DNA of 64,000 nucleotides from Chiloscyllium plagiosum (Eukaryota), in NCBI RefSeq assembly GCF_004010195.1, contig NC_057759.1, positions 6,450,368 to 6,514,367 of the forward strand, written 5' to 3'. Position 1 is the first letter of the stretch; each line of letters starts with the position of its first letter. Positions 49,399-61,669 of this stretch are shown here, piece by piece. The notes under the pieces are model-generated. The model had not been told where the DNA came from, ran no database searches, and saw only the letters and a list, made by a program, of their open reading frames with translations. The position numbers and the translations under genes were made by a program.

Positions 49399-52300
49399 TA
49401 TAGTCCATCCGGTCTTGGTGATTTACCCACCTACAGCTTCCCAGCCCCTTCGCCTTACCAATGGCCAATGCACTCACTTCTGTCCCCAGGTTTCCCTTGA
49501 AGTTCTGGTCGGTTGCTGGTGTCTTCCACTGTTAAAAATTGATGGAAAGTACCTCTTCAGATCCTCTGCCAAGCCATGGTTCCCCATTACTACTTTTCAA
49601 GCATTGTTTTCAAGCTGTCCAATGTCCACTCTTGTCTCTTTGTAACTGTTTAGATATCCAAGAAAATTCCCTGCAGCCCTCTTCTGTATTAGTAGCGCGC
49701 TTACTCTCATATTTCACTTCTTTCCCCATCGCCACCTTTTTTTTGAAGTTATTTCTGTTTTTTTAAAGACTTCCCAATCTTCTGGCTTCCACTGATCTTT
49801 ACATCACTATGGCTTGTGTTGCCTTTATGCTCTCCCTGACTTCCCCTGTCAACCAGGGTTGTCTGATCCTCCCCTTAGTATTTTTCTTCTTCCTTGGGAT
49901 GAATTTCTGCCATGTCTCCTGAATTAACCCAGAAACTCCTGCCATCGCTGCTCCACTGTCTTCACTGGTCAGCTCACCCTTCCAATCAACTCTGTCCAGC
50001 TCCACCCACATGTCTTTGTAGTTACCTTTACCCAAATGTCATCCCGTTTCATCTGATTCAATCTTCTCCCTCTCAAGCTGCAGGGTGAACTCTATTATGT
50101 TATGGCCACTGCCTCCTAGGAGTTCCTTCACTTTGAGCTCCCTAATCAAGTCTCCCTCGTTACACATCACTAAATCCAGAATTGCCTGTTCCGGAGTGGG
50201 CTCTCCCACAAACTGCTCCAAACAAAAAATCTCTCAGATCATTCCACGTTTTCTTGAGAACCACTATGAACCTGTTTTTCCCAGTCCACCTGCATATTGA
50301 AGTCCCCAATGATTATTGCAACAGTTCCTTACATGCTTTTATAATTTCCTGATGCATTTTCTCCCCCACATCGTGACAGTGGCTAATGGCTTGTACACAA
50401 GTTCCTTCGGCGTCTTTTTCCCTTTGTGGTTCCTGATCTTTACCCTCACGGATTGTACACCTTCTGACTTTATTTCACTTATTGCTATCAATTTAATTTT
50501 ATTTCTTGCAAACAAGACAACCCCTCTGACTCTGCCCACTGCCTTTTCGATAGCTTGGATAATTAGTTACCAGCCCTGAACCCCCTGCAGCCTTTTCTCT
50601 GATACCTACAACATTGTGAATGCCAAGTTTACCTTGTTCTGTAGACCGTGTATTTAGTTACAAGTCCCTCTTCCCTTCTCATATTTGTCCCTTTATCTGC
50701 TGTGCCTGAAGTTAGATTCCAGACCCTTACCATACTTTCTGTCTTGCAACATGTTGTGAAAGCTTTAACCTGTGCTGAGCACTTCCCCATCTTGACTTTT
50801 CCATAATTTTGCACGCAGCTGAAAAACAACCCCCATATTTTAGTTTAAAGTCCAATATATAGACCCTGGTTATGCCATTCTCCAGGACTCTGATCCCAGC
50901 ATCATTCACGTGTAGCCTGTCCCATTGGAACAGTTCCATCCTTCCCCAGTACTGACTCCAGTGTCCAGTGAATTCAAACCTCCTGTTTGTCCCACATCAA
51001 TCTTTCAGCCACACATCTTACTGTTATAATCTTGCTGACTTTATGGCTCAGGTAGTAATCCAGAGATTATTACCTTTTTGATTTTTTTTTAAATTTATCC
51101 CTGAGCTGCACATATTCCTTCAGCAGAACGTCTTCCCTCGATCTGTCTATATCGACAGGATCGTTCCTGTGCAGCCCAGATGACTATCGTGAAGCCAGGC
51201 ACCAGACTGGCAAATCTGCCTTCGGGATTCTCGATTCTGGCAACAGGGAAGAGTCTCTATTCCCCTGACTACACTGTTTCCGATTACACTTGCATTTCTC
51301 TTTTCTCCTTCCTCTCGATTGGCTCCCTCTCCCACAGTGATGTCGTCAGTTTGCTCATCCTCCCTACAGACCTCACACTCATCCACACAGGGAGCAAGAA
51401 TCTCAAACCTGGTTGACAACCTGAAGGGCTGAGGCTCATTCAGCACTACACTCTGGTTTCCTCTACCTGCCTCACTCTTAGTCACACCCTTCTATCCCTG
51501 ACCACTGATTGATTTGAGGTAGTTAATCCAAGGGGTGTGACTGCCTCCAGAAACAGAGCATCCAGGTAACTCCTGTGCCTCCCTGATGTGTGGCTATGTT
51601 CGGAAATCAGATTTCAGCTCAACAATCTGAGCTGGAATCCCTCAACCAACACTTGTTATGGTGGTCGTAGCTATGAATCACAATGGGGTCCACCAGCTCT
51701 GACAACATGCCGTTAAGACACCTCGTCTGGCCTGGCCCCTCCATTTTAATGACTTGGTACTTAATTTGATTTTTTTAAACATTTCATGCTGAAAGAACAT
51801 CCACAGTTGTTGGGGAGATTAATTGACCATGCTCAAGAGGCCAAAATTAAGTAAGTGCAGATATCTTGAAAGATTGTGTGGCTGGCAGAGATTAGAAGTG
51901 AGAATGATCACTATCATAGTGGGATTTGAAAAGAACGACAAGAAATTTGTTAAAATGTTGCTTTTCCTCAATTTGTGACCTCTTCAGGTCAATGAGCTCC
52001 AGGTGAGGAGAACAAAACTCAGTGTGAGCACACGGGCAGCGGGGTGTTGGATGAGCTGAAGATTACAGGGAGGTTGAAAGTGGGAGTGTGTTAGGGTCAT
52101 TCAGTCTCGAGGTTACAAAGGACTGGATGAGATTTCAGCACCTGGAGCTGAGACTGTGTTGGAGTCAGGCCACATTACTGAAATGGAAATAGAACATCAT
52201 GGTGAGGATGTGGGTCTGTGGTTTAAAGCTAATCTCCAAATGTGATATTCCCTTAATGTTGTGAAGAGCCTGGTTCATATAGTTACCAGTGGGAGTGATA

Positions 52301-52499
52301 CAGGTGGAGTTAGGAAGTTTTGTAACAGGGACTGAAGCCAGCAGTCTTCAATGAACAAAGGATCAGGAGGAGGCCTTTCAGCTGTTCCACTATTGAATGA
52401 ACTCATGGCTGCTGTGTGGAGTTCAGCCTTTGGCCCATAACTCCTGAATACCTTTGTTGAACAAAAGTTGACCTGTCTCAGATTGGAAACTAACCACTT

Positions 52500-53370
52500 A
52501 GTGATTCAATGCAAGGAGTATCAGAAATAGGGTGGGTGAACTTAAGGCGTGGATCGGTACCTGAGACTACAATGTTGTGGCCATCACGGAAACGTGGATA
52601 GAAGAGGGACAGGAATGGTTGTTGGAGGTTCCTGGTTACAGATGTTTCAGTAGATTAGGGAGGGTGGTAAAAAAGGAGGGGGGGTGGCGTTGCTAATTAG
52701 AAATGGTATAACGGCTGCAGAAAGGCAGTTCGAAGGGGATCTGCCTTTGGAGGTAGTATGGGCTGAAGTCAGAAATAGGAAAGGTGCAGTCACCTTGTTG
52801 GGTGTTTACTATAGGCCCCCCAATAGCAGCAGAGATGTGGAGAAACAGATGGGGAAACAGATTGTGGAAAGGTGCCCCTACCTATTCATGTACTGGTCTA
52901 GATGCTTCTTGAATGCTGCTATAGTGTGTGTTTCCACCATCTCCTCTGGCAGCCTGGTCCAGGCACTCACCCACCTTTGTGTGAAAAACATACCTCACAC
53001 ATCTGCTTTAAACTTATGCCCTCGCACACCTTGAACTCGTGTCCCCTAGCAATTGACCCTTCGACCTTGAGAAAAAGCCTCATACTTTCCACTCTATCCA
53101 TGCCATTCACAATCTTATAAAGTTTGACCAGGTCGCCCATCGGCTTCCTGCATTCCAGTGAAAACAAATCAACTCTATTCAACCTTTCCTCACAGCTAAA
53201 ATCCCCCATATCAGGCAACATCCTGGTAAACCTTTTCTGTTCCCTCCCCAAAGATTCACCCTTCTTCTGAGAATGTGGTGACCAGAACTGTACGCAATAT
53301 TCCCAGTGTGGCCTAATGAAAGTTCTGTAAAGCTGCAGCATAACCTGCCTATCCTTATACTCAATGAATA
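52500..53370. mobile_element. CR1 APE fragment (+, 52500-52875) fused to a CR1 3' fragment (-)
   Basis: TLLGVYYRPPNS (+); MLQLYRTFIRPHWEYCVQFWSP (-). Confidence 0.85.
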
Positions 53371-54464
53371 AAAACAAATCACTTTAGAACCATTCTGGTA
53401 AATACAGTACATAGTTTGAAACAAATTGACATTTATAGCCTTTGATATGACAATTGTTGTGAGATTTGAAAATTCATTAATTGGCTATGGAGTATTTTGA
53501 GACGTCCTGAATTTACTGCTACACTTCCCAACACTACAATGTGACCGCACTTCTGAAGGACTGAATTGGCTGTCCAGAGCTCTGTATTGGTGAAACTTGG
53601 GGCAAAAATAGGCCATTCAGTCCTTCCAGCCTGTTCTTCCGTTTCACATAGTCATTGTGTGATAACTATGTGATCTGCTTGTATTGCTCACAAGACAAAG
53701 CTTTCCACTGTGTCCCGGTACATGTGACAATAAATTCAATTCAATTCATTGTCTCTTAAACATAAAAATCCATCTCTTTCTTGAATATAATCAGCAACTT
53801 GGAATCCACAGCTTCTTGTGGTCACACACTTCACAGACTGACCAGCCTCTGCATGAAGAAATATTTCCTCATCTTAATCCTCAATGGCCTAACAACCTGT
53901 CCTCAGACTGTGTCCTCTGGTTTTAAACTCCCCAACCTGGGAAAATATCCTCCCTACAATCTAAACCCCAGAACAGTGAGCTGTCAGTCCTGTTCATGTT
54001 TCAGCCAAGTTTCTGTAAAAGCTCTGAAATCCCAATCCCATGTACTTAAACACACTCTGAGTTTATCAGCCTTATCTGGAAGACCCCTTGCACTGAAATA
54101 AATGCAATTTCGTTCTTCAGAGTTACAATGTACCCTGATTCTCTCTTTTCTTTCTTTTCTAATTGGTGTGCTCTCTTCACATTCAGAACCTTCCCCACCA
54201 ACCTTTCTATTTACGCCATGACTTGTAATTCCTCCACTCTCCTCTCTATCTGTATAAAGTCTCTTTGGGTGGAACGAGCAAAGCTCCCTGCTAAGATATG
54301 GGTCCCTTTCCAGCTCGGGTAAGACCTATCCTCTTTGAACAGGTCTTTTCTGTCCCAGAGGAGACTCCAATGTGTGCAACTGGACTTGAAATCATACAGA
54401 ACTGAGATTCCAGACAACATCTATGTTGATCTTAGCTGGGCAGTTGTAGGGGTGGCACAAGTTG

Positions 54465-54683
54465 AAGGAAAAATTGAGGACTGCAGATGCTGGAGATCAG
54501 AGTCAAAAAGTGTGGTGCTGGAAAGGTGTGGTACTGTGGTCAGGCAGCATCCGAGGAGCAGGAGAGTCGACGTTTCAAGCATAAGCCTTTCATCACATTC
54601 ACGGTGAAGAGCTTATGCTCAAAACATCGACTCTCCTGCTCCTCGGCTGCTGCCTGACTGGCTGTGCTTTTCCAGCACAACAC
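54465..54683. mobile_element. PLE family C-related palindrome, degenerate hammerheads
   Basis: gaggactgcagatgctggagatcagag head; inverted gtcgacgtttc / aaacatcgac arms. Confidence 0.75.
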
Positions 54684-55199
54684 TACGTGGCACAGTTGAA
54701 GTCAACCTTCCTGAGGTAGAACAGGTAAGTGTTTGCACTTGATGCGGATAACTGGTCCCGTCTTGGAAACTGGTTTCTGCTGAGCACAGACGAGAGCATG
54801 ATTTGAGGTGGGAACTTGACTGTCAGAAAAAGCTCCCAAGAAGCAGCTCCAAAGGAATTTTGAAGTCTGGCAGCACTGAGGGACTTGCATCTCAGCAAGT
54901 GCCTTCAGCTTTGAGCCAAGGGGGAAGTGGGTGGAAGTGTGGACAAGCCCCTGATCTCTCCTCGTGATGCTCTCTTGGGTGCAAAGCTCACCACCTCTTC
55001 TTGAAAGTGGTCCCTTTGAAGACAGGTGCAGGCAGCAGCCGCTTGAGTTCCTCCTCTTCACCCCCCCCTCCATTAGCCCTCCCCACCATCACCAACGACA
55101 TCTGCCAACACGGATGAGGTTGGAGACGATGTGGTTTTGCCAAGAGGCTCCTTCACCTCATCCCAACAACAGTCTACTCACTCTCACTGGATGTCATTT

Positions 55200-55640
55200 C
55201 TCTGCTTTGCAGAGAAGATTTACCAGGATGTTGCCTGGAATGGAGAGGAAGTCGTACGAGGATAGGTTGAGAGTTCTCGGCCTTTTCTCGTTGGAACGGC
55301 GAAGGATGAGGGGTGACTTGATAGAGCTTTATAAGATGATCAGAGGAATAGGTAGAGTAGACAGTCAGAAACTTTTTCCCCGGGTACAACAGAGTGTTAC
55401 AAGGGGACATAAATTTAAGGTGAAGGGTGTAAGGTATAGGGGGGATGTCAGGGGTCGGTTCTTTGCCCAGAGAGTGGTGGGGGCATGGAATGCGCTGCCT
55501 GTGGGAGTGGCAGAGTCAGAATCATTGGTGACCTTTAAGCGGCAATTGGATAGGTACATGGATGGGTGCTTAAGCTAGGACAAATGTTTGGCACAACAAA
55601 GGGCCTGTTCTGTGCTGTATTGTTCTATGTTCTATGATTG
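55200..55640 (+). mobile_element. Young CR1 3' fragment
   Basis: Uninterrupted LQRRFTRMLPGMERKSYEDRLRVLGLFSLERRRMRGDLIELYKM...; ttctatgttctatg tail. Confidence 0.9.
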
Positions 55641-55933
55641 ATTTCCAAACCTCTTCCACCTTTTTCATATCGAAGTCATTCCTCACATCTCTCCCACGTA
55701 CTTGATTAAATTGGAGAAAGTTTCTATTCATTCAGCACTGTATATTGTGATGTTGTGAGAGTTGGAGGGAGCTTCAAGGGAATGTTGGTCACATACACCT
55801 GCTCTGCAGTCCTTCATGGTGGTGGAAGTGGCTGTTTTGGGAGGTTATGCTGAAGGTATGGTTGAGCAGTTGGTCGATAAACCTCTCTCATTCTCCTTCC
55901 AGCACTGTGGAATATGACGTGGGAAAATATATC

Positions 55934-56248
55934 GGGCGGCATGGTAGCTCAGTGGTTCGCACTGCTGCCTCACAGCAACAGGGTCCCAGGTTCGATTCCA
56001 GCCTCGGACCACTGCCTGTGTGGAGTTTGCACATTGTCCCCAAAACTGCATGGATTTCCTCCGGGTGCTCCGATTTCCTCCCACAGTCCAGAGATGTGCA
56101 GGTCAGGTGAATTGGCCATGGTAAATTGCCCGTAGTGTTAGGTGCATTAGTCAGAGGGAAATGGGTCTGCGTGGTTACTCTTCAGAGGGTCAGTGTGGAC
56201 TGGTTGGGCCTAAGGGCCTGTTTGCACACTGTAGGGAATCTAATCTAA
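55934..56248 (+). mobile_element. HE1-like SINE
   Basis: A/B boxes (tagctcagtgg, ggttcgattcc) and atctaatctaat tail. Confidence 0.88.
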
Positions 56249-57043
56249 TATGCATTTCGGCAGGAAGACTAGGAGAGGTGAATATTATTTAACGAGGGAA
56301 ACCTCTGCAGAAAACTGCAGCACAGAGAATTTTGGGTCCTTCTGCTTGAAAGATGAAAAACTAGCATCCAGGTTCAGTGGATATTCAGGAAAGGAAATGG
56401 TTAGTTGGCTTTTATTTAAAAGGAATGGGAAGAAAAAATGGAAGTTTTGCTAAAACTGTTCAAGACATGAGTCAGATCACACTTGGAATACTGTGAGTTG
56501 CTTTTGTCCCTTATTTTGGGAAAGGCAATCCATAGAGTATTCAGGAGATTGATCCTGGATATGGGAGGAATTTCTCAGGAAAGGAGTTTGAGCAAACTGC
56601 TTCTGCACTCATTGGAGTTCAGAAGAATGAGACAAGAACTTATGGAAAGATTCTGAGGGGCTTGACATTGTAGATTCAGGAAGATTGTTATTACTTGTTT
56701 GAGAGTTGAGGACATAATCTCAGAGTAAGGAATCACCTGTTTAAAATGGATCTGGAGGAATTCCTGCTGTTAGAGTACAGAATACTGCAGTGGCCTGTGG
56801 AGGCTGTGCTGCTCAGTGTGTCCAAGGCTGAGATAAATAGATTTTTAATTAGGAAGGGATTCAATGGTGGGGCATAAGGCAGGAAAATCGAGCTGAGGAT
56901 TATTGGATCAGCTCTGATCTCACTGAATGGTGACAGCAGACTTGCTGGGTTGAGTTACCTACTTCTCTTACATCTGATGGTTTTAAACATTTTCTTTTTG
57001 GGTTCTCACTTGGTTTGCTTTTTGTTTTTAATGAACATTACAG

Positions 57044-57675
57044 GGAATTGGAAGACTATTTGCAATGAGGAGACATAAAACCAAGCATCACTTCCCAATC
57101 TGACCAAGCTGCCGAGTTTATTGCCACCTGAATATCATTGGGTTTTGAAGTAAAAAGCACCGCCCACAGTGGGGGAGAAACCGTACGTGTGTTGTACACA
57201 TGGACAAGTCTTCAGCAGATCATTGCCTGTCACAATATATAAATACAGCCACACTGGGGAAAGGCCATTCATCTGTTCCAAGGGTGGGAAAGGATTCACT
57301 CGATCATCCACTTTGCTGAAACCCGAGCAAGTTCACACAGAGGACAGACCTTTGAAATGCTCAGAATGTGGGATATGCTTTAAAAACTCTGGGGCACTGA
57401 TATCCCAACAACATCCTCACAGTGACGAGAGATCCTTCATGTGCTCTCACTGTGGGTGTGGGTTCAAGCCATCATCCAACCTCATTAAACACCAGCGGAT
57501 CCACACTGGGGAGAGACCATTCACCTGATCACTCAGGAAAGGATTTTCTCATAAATCCAACCTGTTAAAACACCAGCGATCTCTCGGAAGGTAGAGACTG
57601 TTCTGATTTGACTGTGGGCAGAGATTCATTGTGAAATCCAAGCTGCTGAAACACCAGCATATTCATGAGAAATGA
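57044..57675 (+). pseudogene. Degenerate C2H2 zinc-finger array exon (~6 fingers)
   Basis: Acceptor ttttgtttttaatgaacattacag; TGERPF linkers; only CSHCGCGFKPSSNLIKHQRIH keeps all four ligands; TGA replaces Cys in finger 5, followed by frameshifts. Confidence 0.85.
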
Positions 57676-60099
57676 CAGTGCCTGGTTTTTACTGTGAACA
57701 TCTCCCTCCTTCATAGTCTCAGCTAGAAGATTTTGTTTCAATTCCCACCTGATATGGAGCTATGTCAAAGAACTTAATTAGTTTTGTAATTGATAACTGA
57801 ATGATATCCACTGGGGCAGGTTTCTACTGAAGTTAATGAACTCTAGCTCACTTAAAGGGATGACTGTTCTGGATGACAGTGAAATAAATGCACTGTGTGT
57901 TAAACACAGTGTATAAAACCTATTTCTAATTTCTGAGTGCTCATTGAAGTGATCTTCCTCTGATTGTGTTATGGAAGAATCACTCAATGTTTTATAAAAA
58001 ATTACCAGGAGACACAGAAAATCCTTCATGAAATTAAACTTTAATCTTGCAAAATCAAAGCTGTGGGAGCCAGCGAAATGTCTTCCCTGGCTCTCCACAG
58101 GCTCTTTGTTTTCCTGCAATTTATACAGTTGTTCTTCCTGCGCTTATCAGATAACATTAGCATAACCAATCATGCTGGCTTGCTTTATTTTTCTAAACTA
58201 ATCACCGTCTGCCACACTGCCTCAATCACACTTAACCTGTCACATTACAACTTCATTGTTTTCAGTATTCGCTCATGTACCAGTGATTCAGCTAACCTAT
58301 CATTATCTGTTACTGGAGCCCTGTAATACGATGCCAAGCATGCATTACAACACCAAGATAACTACATAACTGCCAGAGTAACTTCCATAACTGAAGGAGT
58401 TGGAATTTGCTGTTGATCACATCCAGCATCCAATTTGATTCTTTGTAGAGTTTCTCAATTGACTGTGTGGAAATTCTAGCTCGGTTACAAGTATTAATAA
58501 AAGGATTAAAAAGTCAATTATATCAAATTTGTGGTGAACACCCAGCTTGCTAACACTTTTTCTAACATCCTTCGCGCTTCCTTTTGAAAAGTTTCTCTTT
58601 CTCTCTCCTCCATCTTGTAAGGAGCTCATGCAACTGCTTTGTTATTCAGATTGAGATAATCTGAGCAGCTGTTTCTTCCATGTCCCTCCTTTCCCTGAAA
58701 CTGTCTCTGAAGTTCCACTTTGTCAGAGTCCTGAATACTCAAATTCTCTCCTACCTTGGGAGCTTCTCGTGTCCACGAGAACCAACTTCTCATCTCTTGA
58801 CCATTTTCCCACTCAATCTCCTCCCATTCACTGATATTGGTAACAGTTCTTGCTCTCATCTGGTAAGGTCCCTGTCACTTTAATTCCACCATTATTGTCC
58901 ATCCAGTGAAAACCAATGTGGCCTCAGTTCCAAATTCCCTTTCCTTTCCAAAAACCTAGAACTTGGTAACCCCCAAGGGAGGAGCCTATCCCTGGCTCCT
59001 GTTATTCCCAACTACATGACACCATGAGGTGAGCTCATCCTAAGGCATGGCATTAGTTTTCACACATCTGCTGACATTACCCAATTCTACCTCATCAGAC
59101 AACCCAATGTCTCCATTATTCCACTGTTGCTAAATTATCAGTCAGTGTATTCTACAGCACTGGATGTTTTATTGATTTATTGAGACACAGGATGTTGGGC
59201 ATCACTCGCTCATCCAGGGCAGTTAAGAGCCAACCACATTGCTGTGGATCTAGAATCACGTACAGTAGACTGGGTACGGACAGAATTTCCTTCCTTTAAA
59301 GGACTTCAGTGTACCAAGTGGGATTTTCCAACAATCAACCAGGTCATCATTAATCTTTTAATTCCAGATTTTTATTGAATTCAAATTCTATCATCTGTCA
59401 TAGTGGATATTAAAACAGATCCCCCAAACATTACCTGGATCCCTAGTTTAATAGTCTACTGATAATCCACTAAGCTACTGCTTCCATGAGCAGAAATTTG
59501 CTCCAGTTAAAAATTGCAGTTAAAAAACTGTAATATCTAGTCTGTAACTCTGTGATATCTGCATATTGGGCTGTGTTGCTCCCTGCCTCTGTTACCTGCA
59601 TTTCCTCACTGAGATAGCTGCATTCCACTCATTCTGCCCACTTTAGCATCTCTGCTTGTCATGACTCCATTATAGCCTTGCCTGAGCAGGATGTTCTGAT
59701 ATTCCATCCCTCAACCAGTCTGCCTCTCTCCTTGTTAATATTTGTTCAAAACTTGTCCTGCAATCAAAAGTTTCGTCATTTAAGGGAATACCATTCAATG
59801 TGTTGGTGCCCAATGTTTATTTTGCAAACTCTCCTGAAGGATGTTGAGATGATCTGTTATATAAAATGTGTTCCATATGACTGATCTTCTTTTATAGTGT
59901 TAGGCCAGAGATTGCTTGTGTGCCTGAGGAATCTCAAATGGTGCTACATATTGTGTAAGCAGAGTACCAACTTGGACTTTCATTCAAACGTAATGCCATT
60001 GAGGCAGCTCAGAGCGATTGGGCCAAAGATACTAACCTGAGAAACTCCTGCAGTGATGTTCTCGGTTTGGGATGATTGACCACTAAGAATTACAAACAC

Positions 60100-61620
60100 A
60101 AGAATCTGGAGTAAGAGTTGGCCATCTGGCCCTTTGAGCCTGCTCTGCCATTCAATAAGATCGTGGCTGATCTTTTCCCAGCCTCAGCTCTACTTACGCA
60201 GCCTCTCACCATAATCCTGAATTCCTTTACTCTTCAAAACATTATCTTAGCTTTACAAACATTCAATGAGAAACCTCAACTGCTTCACTGGGCAGGGAAT
60301 TCTACAAATTCACAATCCTCTGGGTGACGAAATTCCTTCTCCATTCAGTCCTAAATCTACTCCCACTAATTTTGAGTCAATGCCCTTTTGTTCTAGGTTC
60401 ACCCACCAGTGGCAACTTTCTTCCTGCTTCAATCTCATTTATTCCCTTCATAATTTTATATGTTTCTGTAAGATTCGTTCCCCCCACCAACCTTCTAAAT
60501 TCCAATGATTATAATCCCAGCCTACTCAGTCTCTCCTCTTAAAGCAACCCCCTCAACTCAAGAACCTAGTGAGCCTCCTCTGCACCCCCTTTAGTGCCAG
60601 TACCTCCTTTCTCAAGTAAGGAGACCAAAACTGCACGCAGTACTCTAGATGTGACCTCACCAGCAACCTATACAGCGACAACATATCCTCCCTGCTTTTA
60701 AACTCAAACCCTCCACCAATAAAGGACAATATTCCATTTGCCTGAGTATTTAGGTGTTGCATCCGCAGACCAGTTTTCTACGAATTATGCTCAAGGAAAC
60801 CCAAGTCCCACTGCACAGTAGATTACTGCAAATTTTTACTGTTCGAATAATAGTCCTTCTTACTATTGTTGCTACTAAAATGGATGACTTCACATTTTCC
60901 AACACTGTACTCCATCTGCCAGACCTTCATCCACACATTTGAACATATCCCTTGAACGTTTGTCATCTGCAAGCTTTAACACACTACATGTGGTCCCCAA
61001 CTCCACACCATCTGTGTAAATTGTAAACAGTTGTGGTCCTGACACTGATCCCTGATGCACACCACTAGTCATTGATTGCCAAACAGAAAAGCATTCAAAT
61101 TTCCCCACTCTTTTCTTCCTGTCAGTTAACCAACCCTCTGTCCATGCTAATCGATTGCCTGTAACGCCGTGCACCTTCATTATGCAGCAGCCTTTTGCAC
61201 GGCACCTTGTCGAATGCCTTTTGGAAATCTAGATATATCACATCACTTGGTCCACATTGTTCAGCGTACTTATAAAGTCTACAGAGTATTCTAGAAGATT
61301 AATGAATCATGACCTGCTGTGCCTGGCGATTGGGACAATTTCTATTGAGATGCCTTGCTATTTCTTCCTTGATAATAGACTCTAGCATCTTGCCACTATA
61401 TATGTTAAGCTCACTGGCCTATAATTCCCCATTTGTTTTCTCTACCTCCCTTCTTAAACAGTGGCATCACAATTGCTGTTTTCCAATCTGCAAAACTGAC
61501 CCAGACTCCAGCTAACTTTAGAAAATTACCAAGAGCGCCAACTCTTTTAGTCCTCTCAGATGCAATCTGTTAGGGCCAGGAGACTTTTCTACCCTTATAT
61601 CCGTTAGTTTGCCCAATTTC
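60100..61620 (-). mobile_element. CR1 LINE RT + 3' end
   Basis: SGVHQGSVSGPQLFTIY..KLADDK; LVRSHLEYCVQFWSPYLRK. Confidence 0.88.
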
Positions 61621-61669
61621 TCGGTCCTCACTGCAACAGGCTGGAGAAGAAATTGAATGGTGAGCATAG

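Larger units (their letters stand above)
48100..51700 (-). mobile_element. Decayed CR1 LINE (ORF1 esterase to RT)
   Basis: VIGNSVVRGIE, WDRLHVNDAG (ORF1); PTPEQAILDLVMCNE; QHSFVKERSSLTNLFTFFEEVT..DLHFQKAFVKVPH. Confidence 0.88.

Noticed and set aside
54686-55195. GC-richer segment forming a 204-aa ORF with CR1
   Set aside because: Chance in-frame fusion to a CR1 3' fragment; upstream part not recognisable
57780-58900. Unassigned AT-rich region with short ORFs
   Set aside because: No recognisable domain, termini or splice pattern
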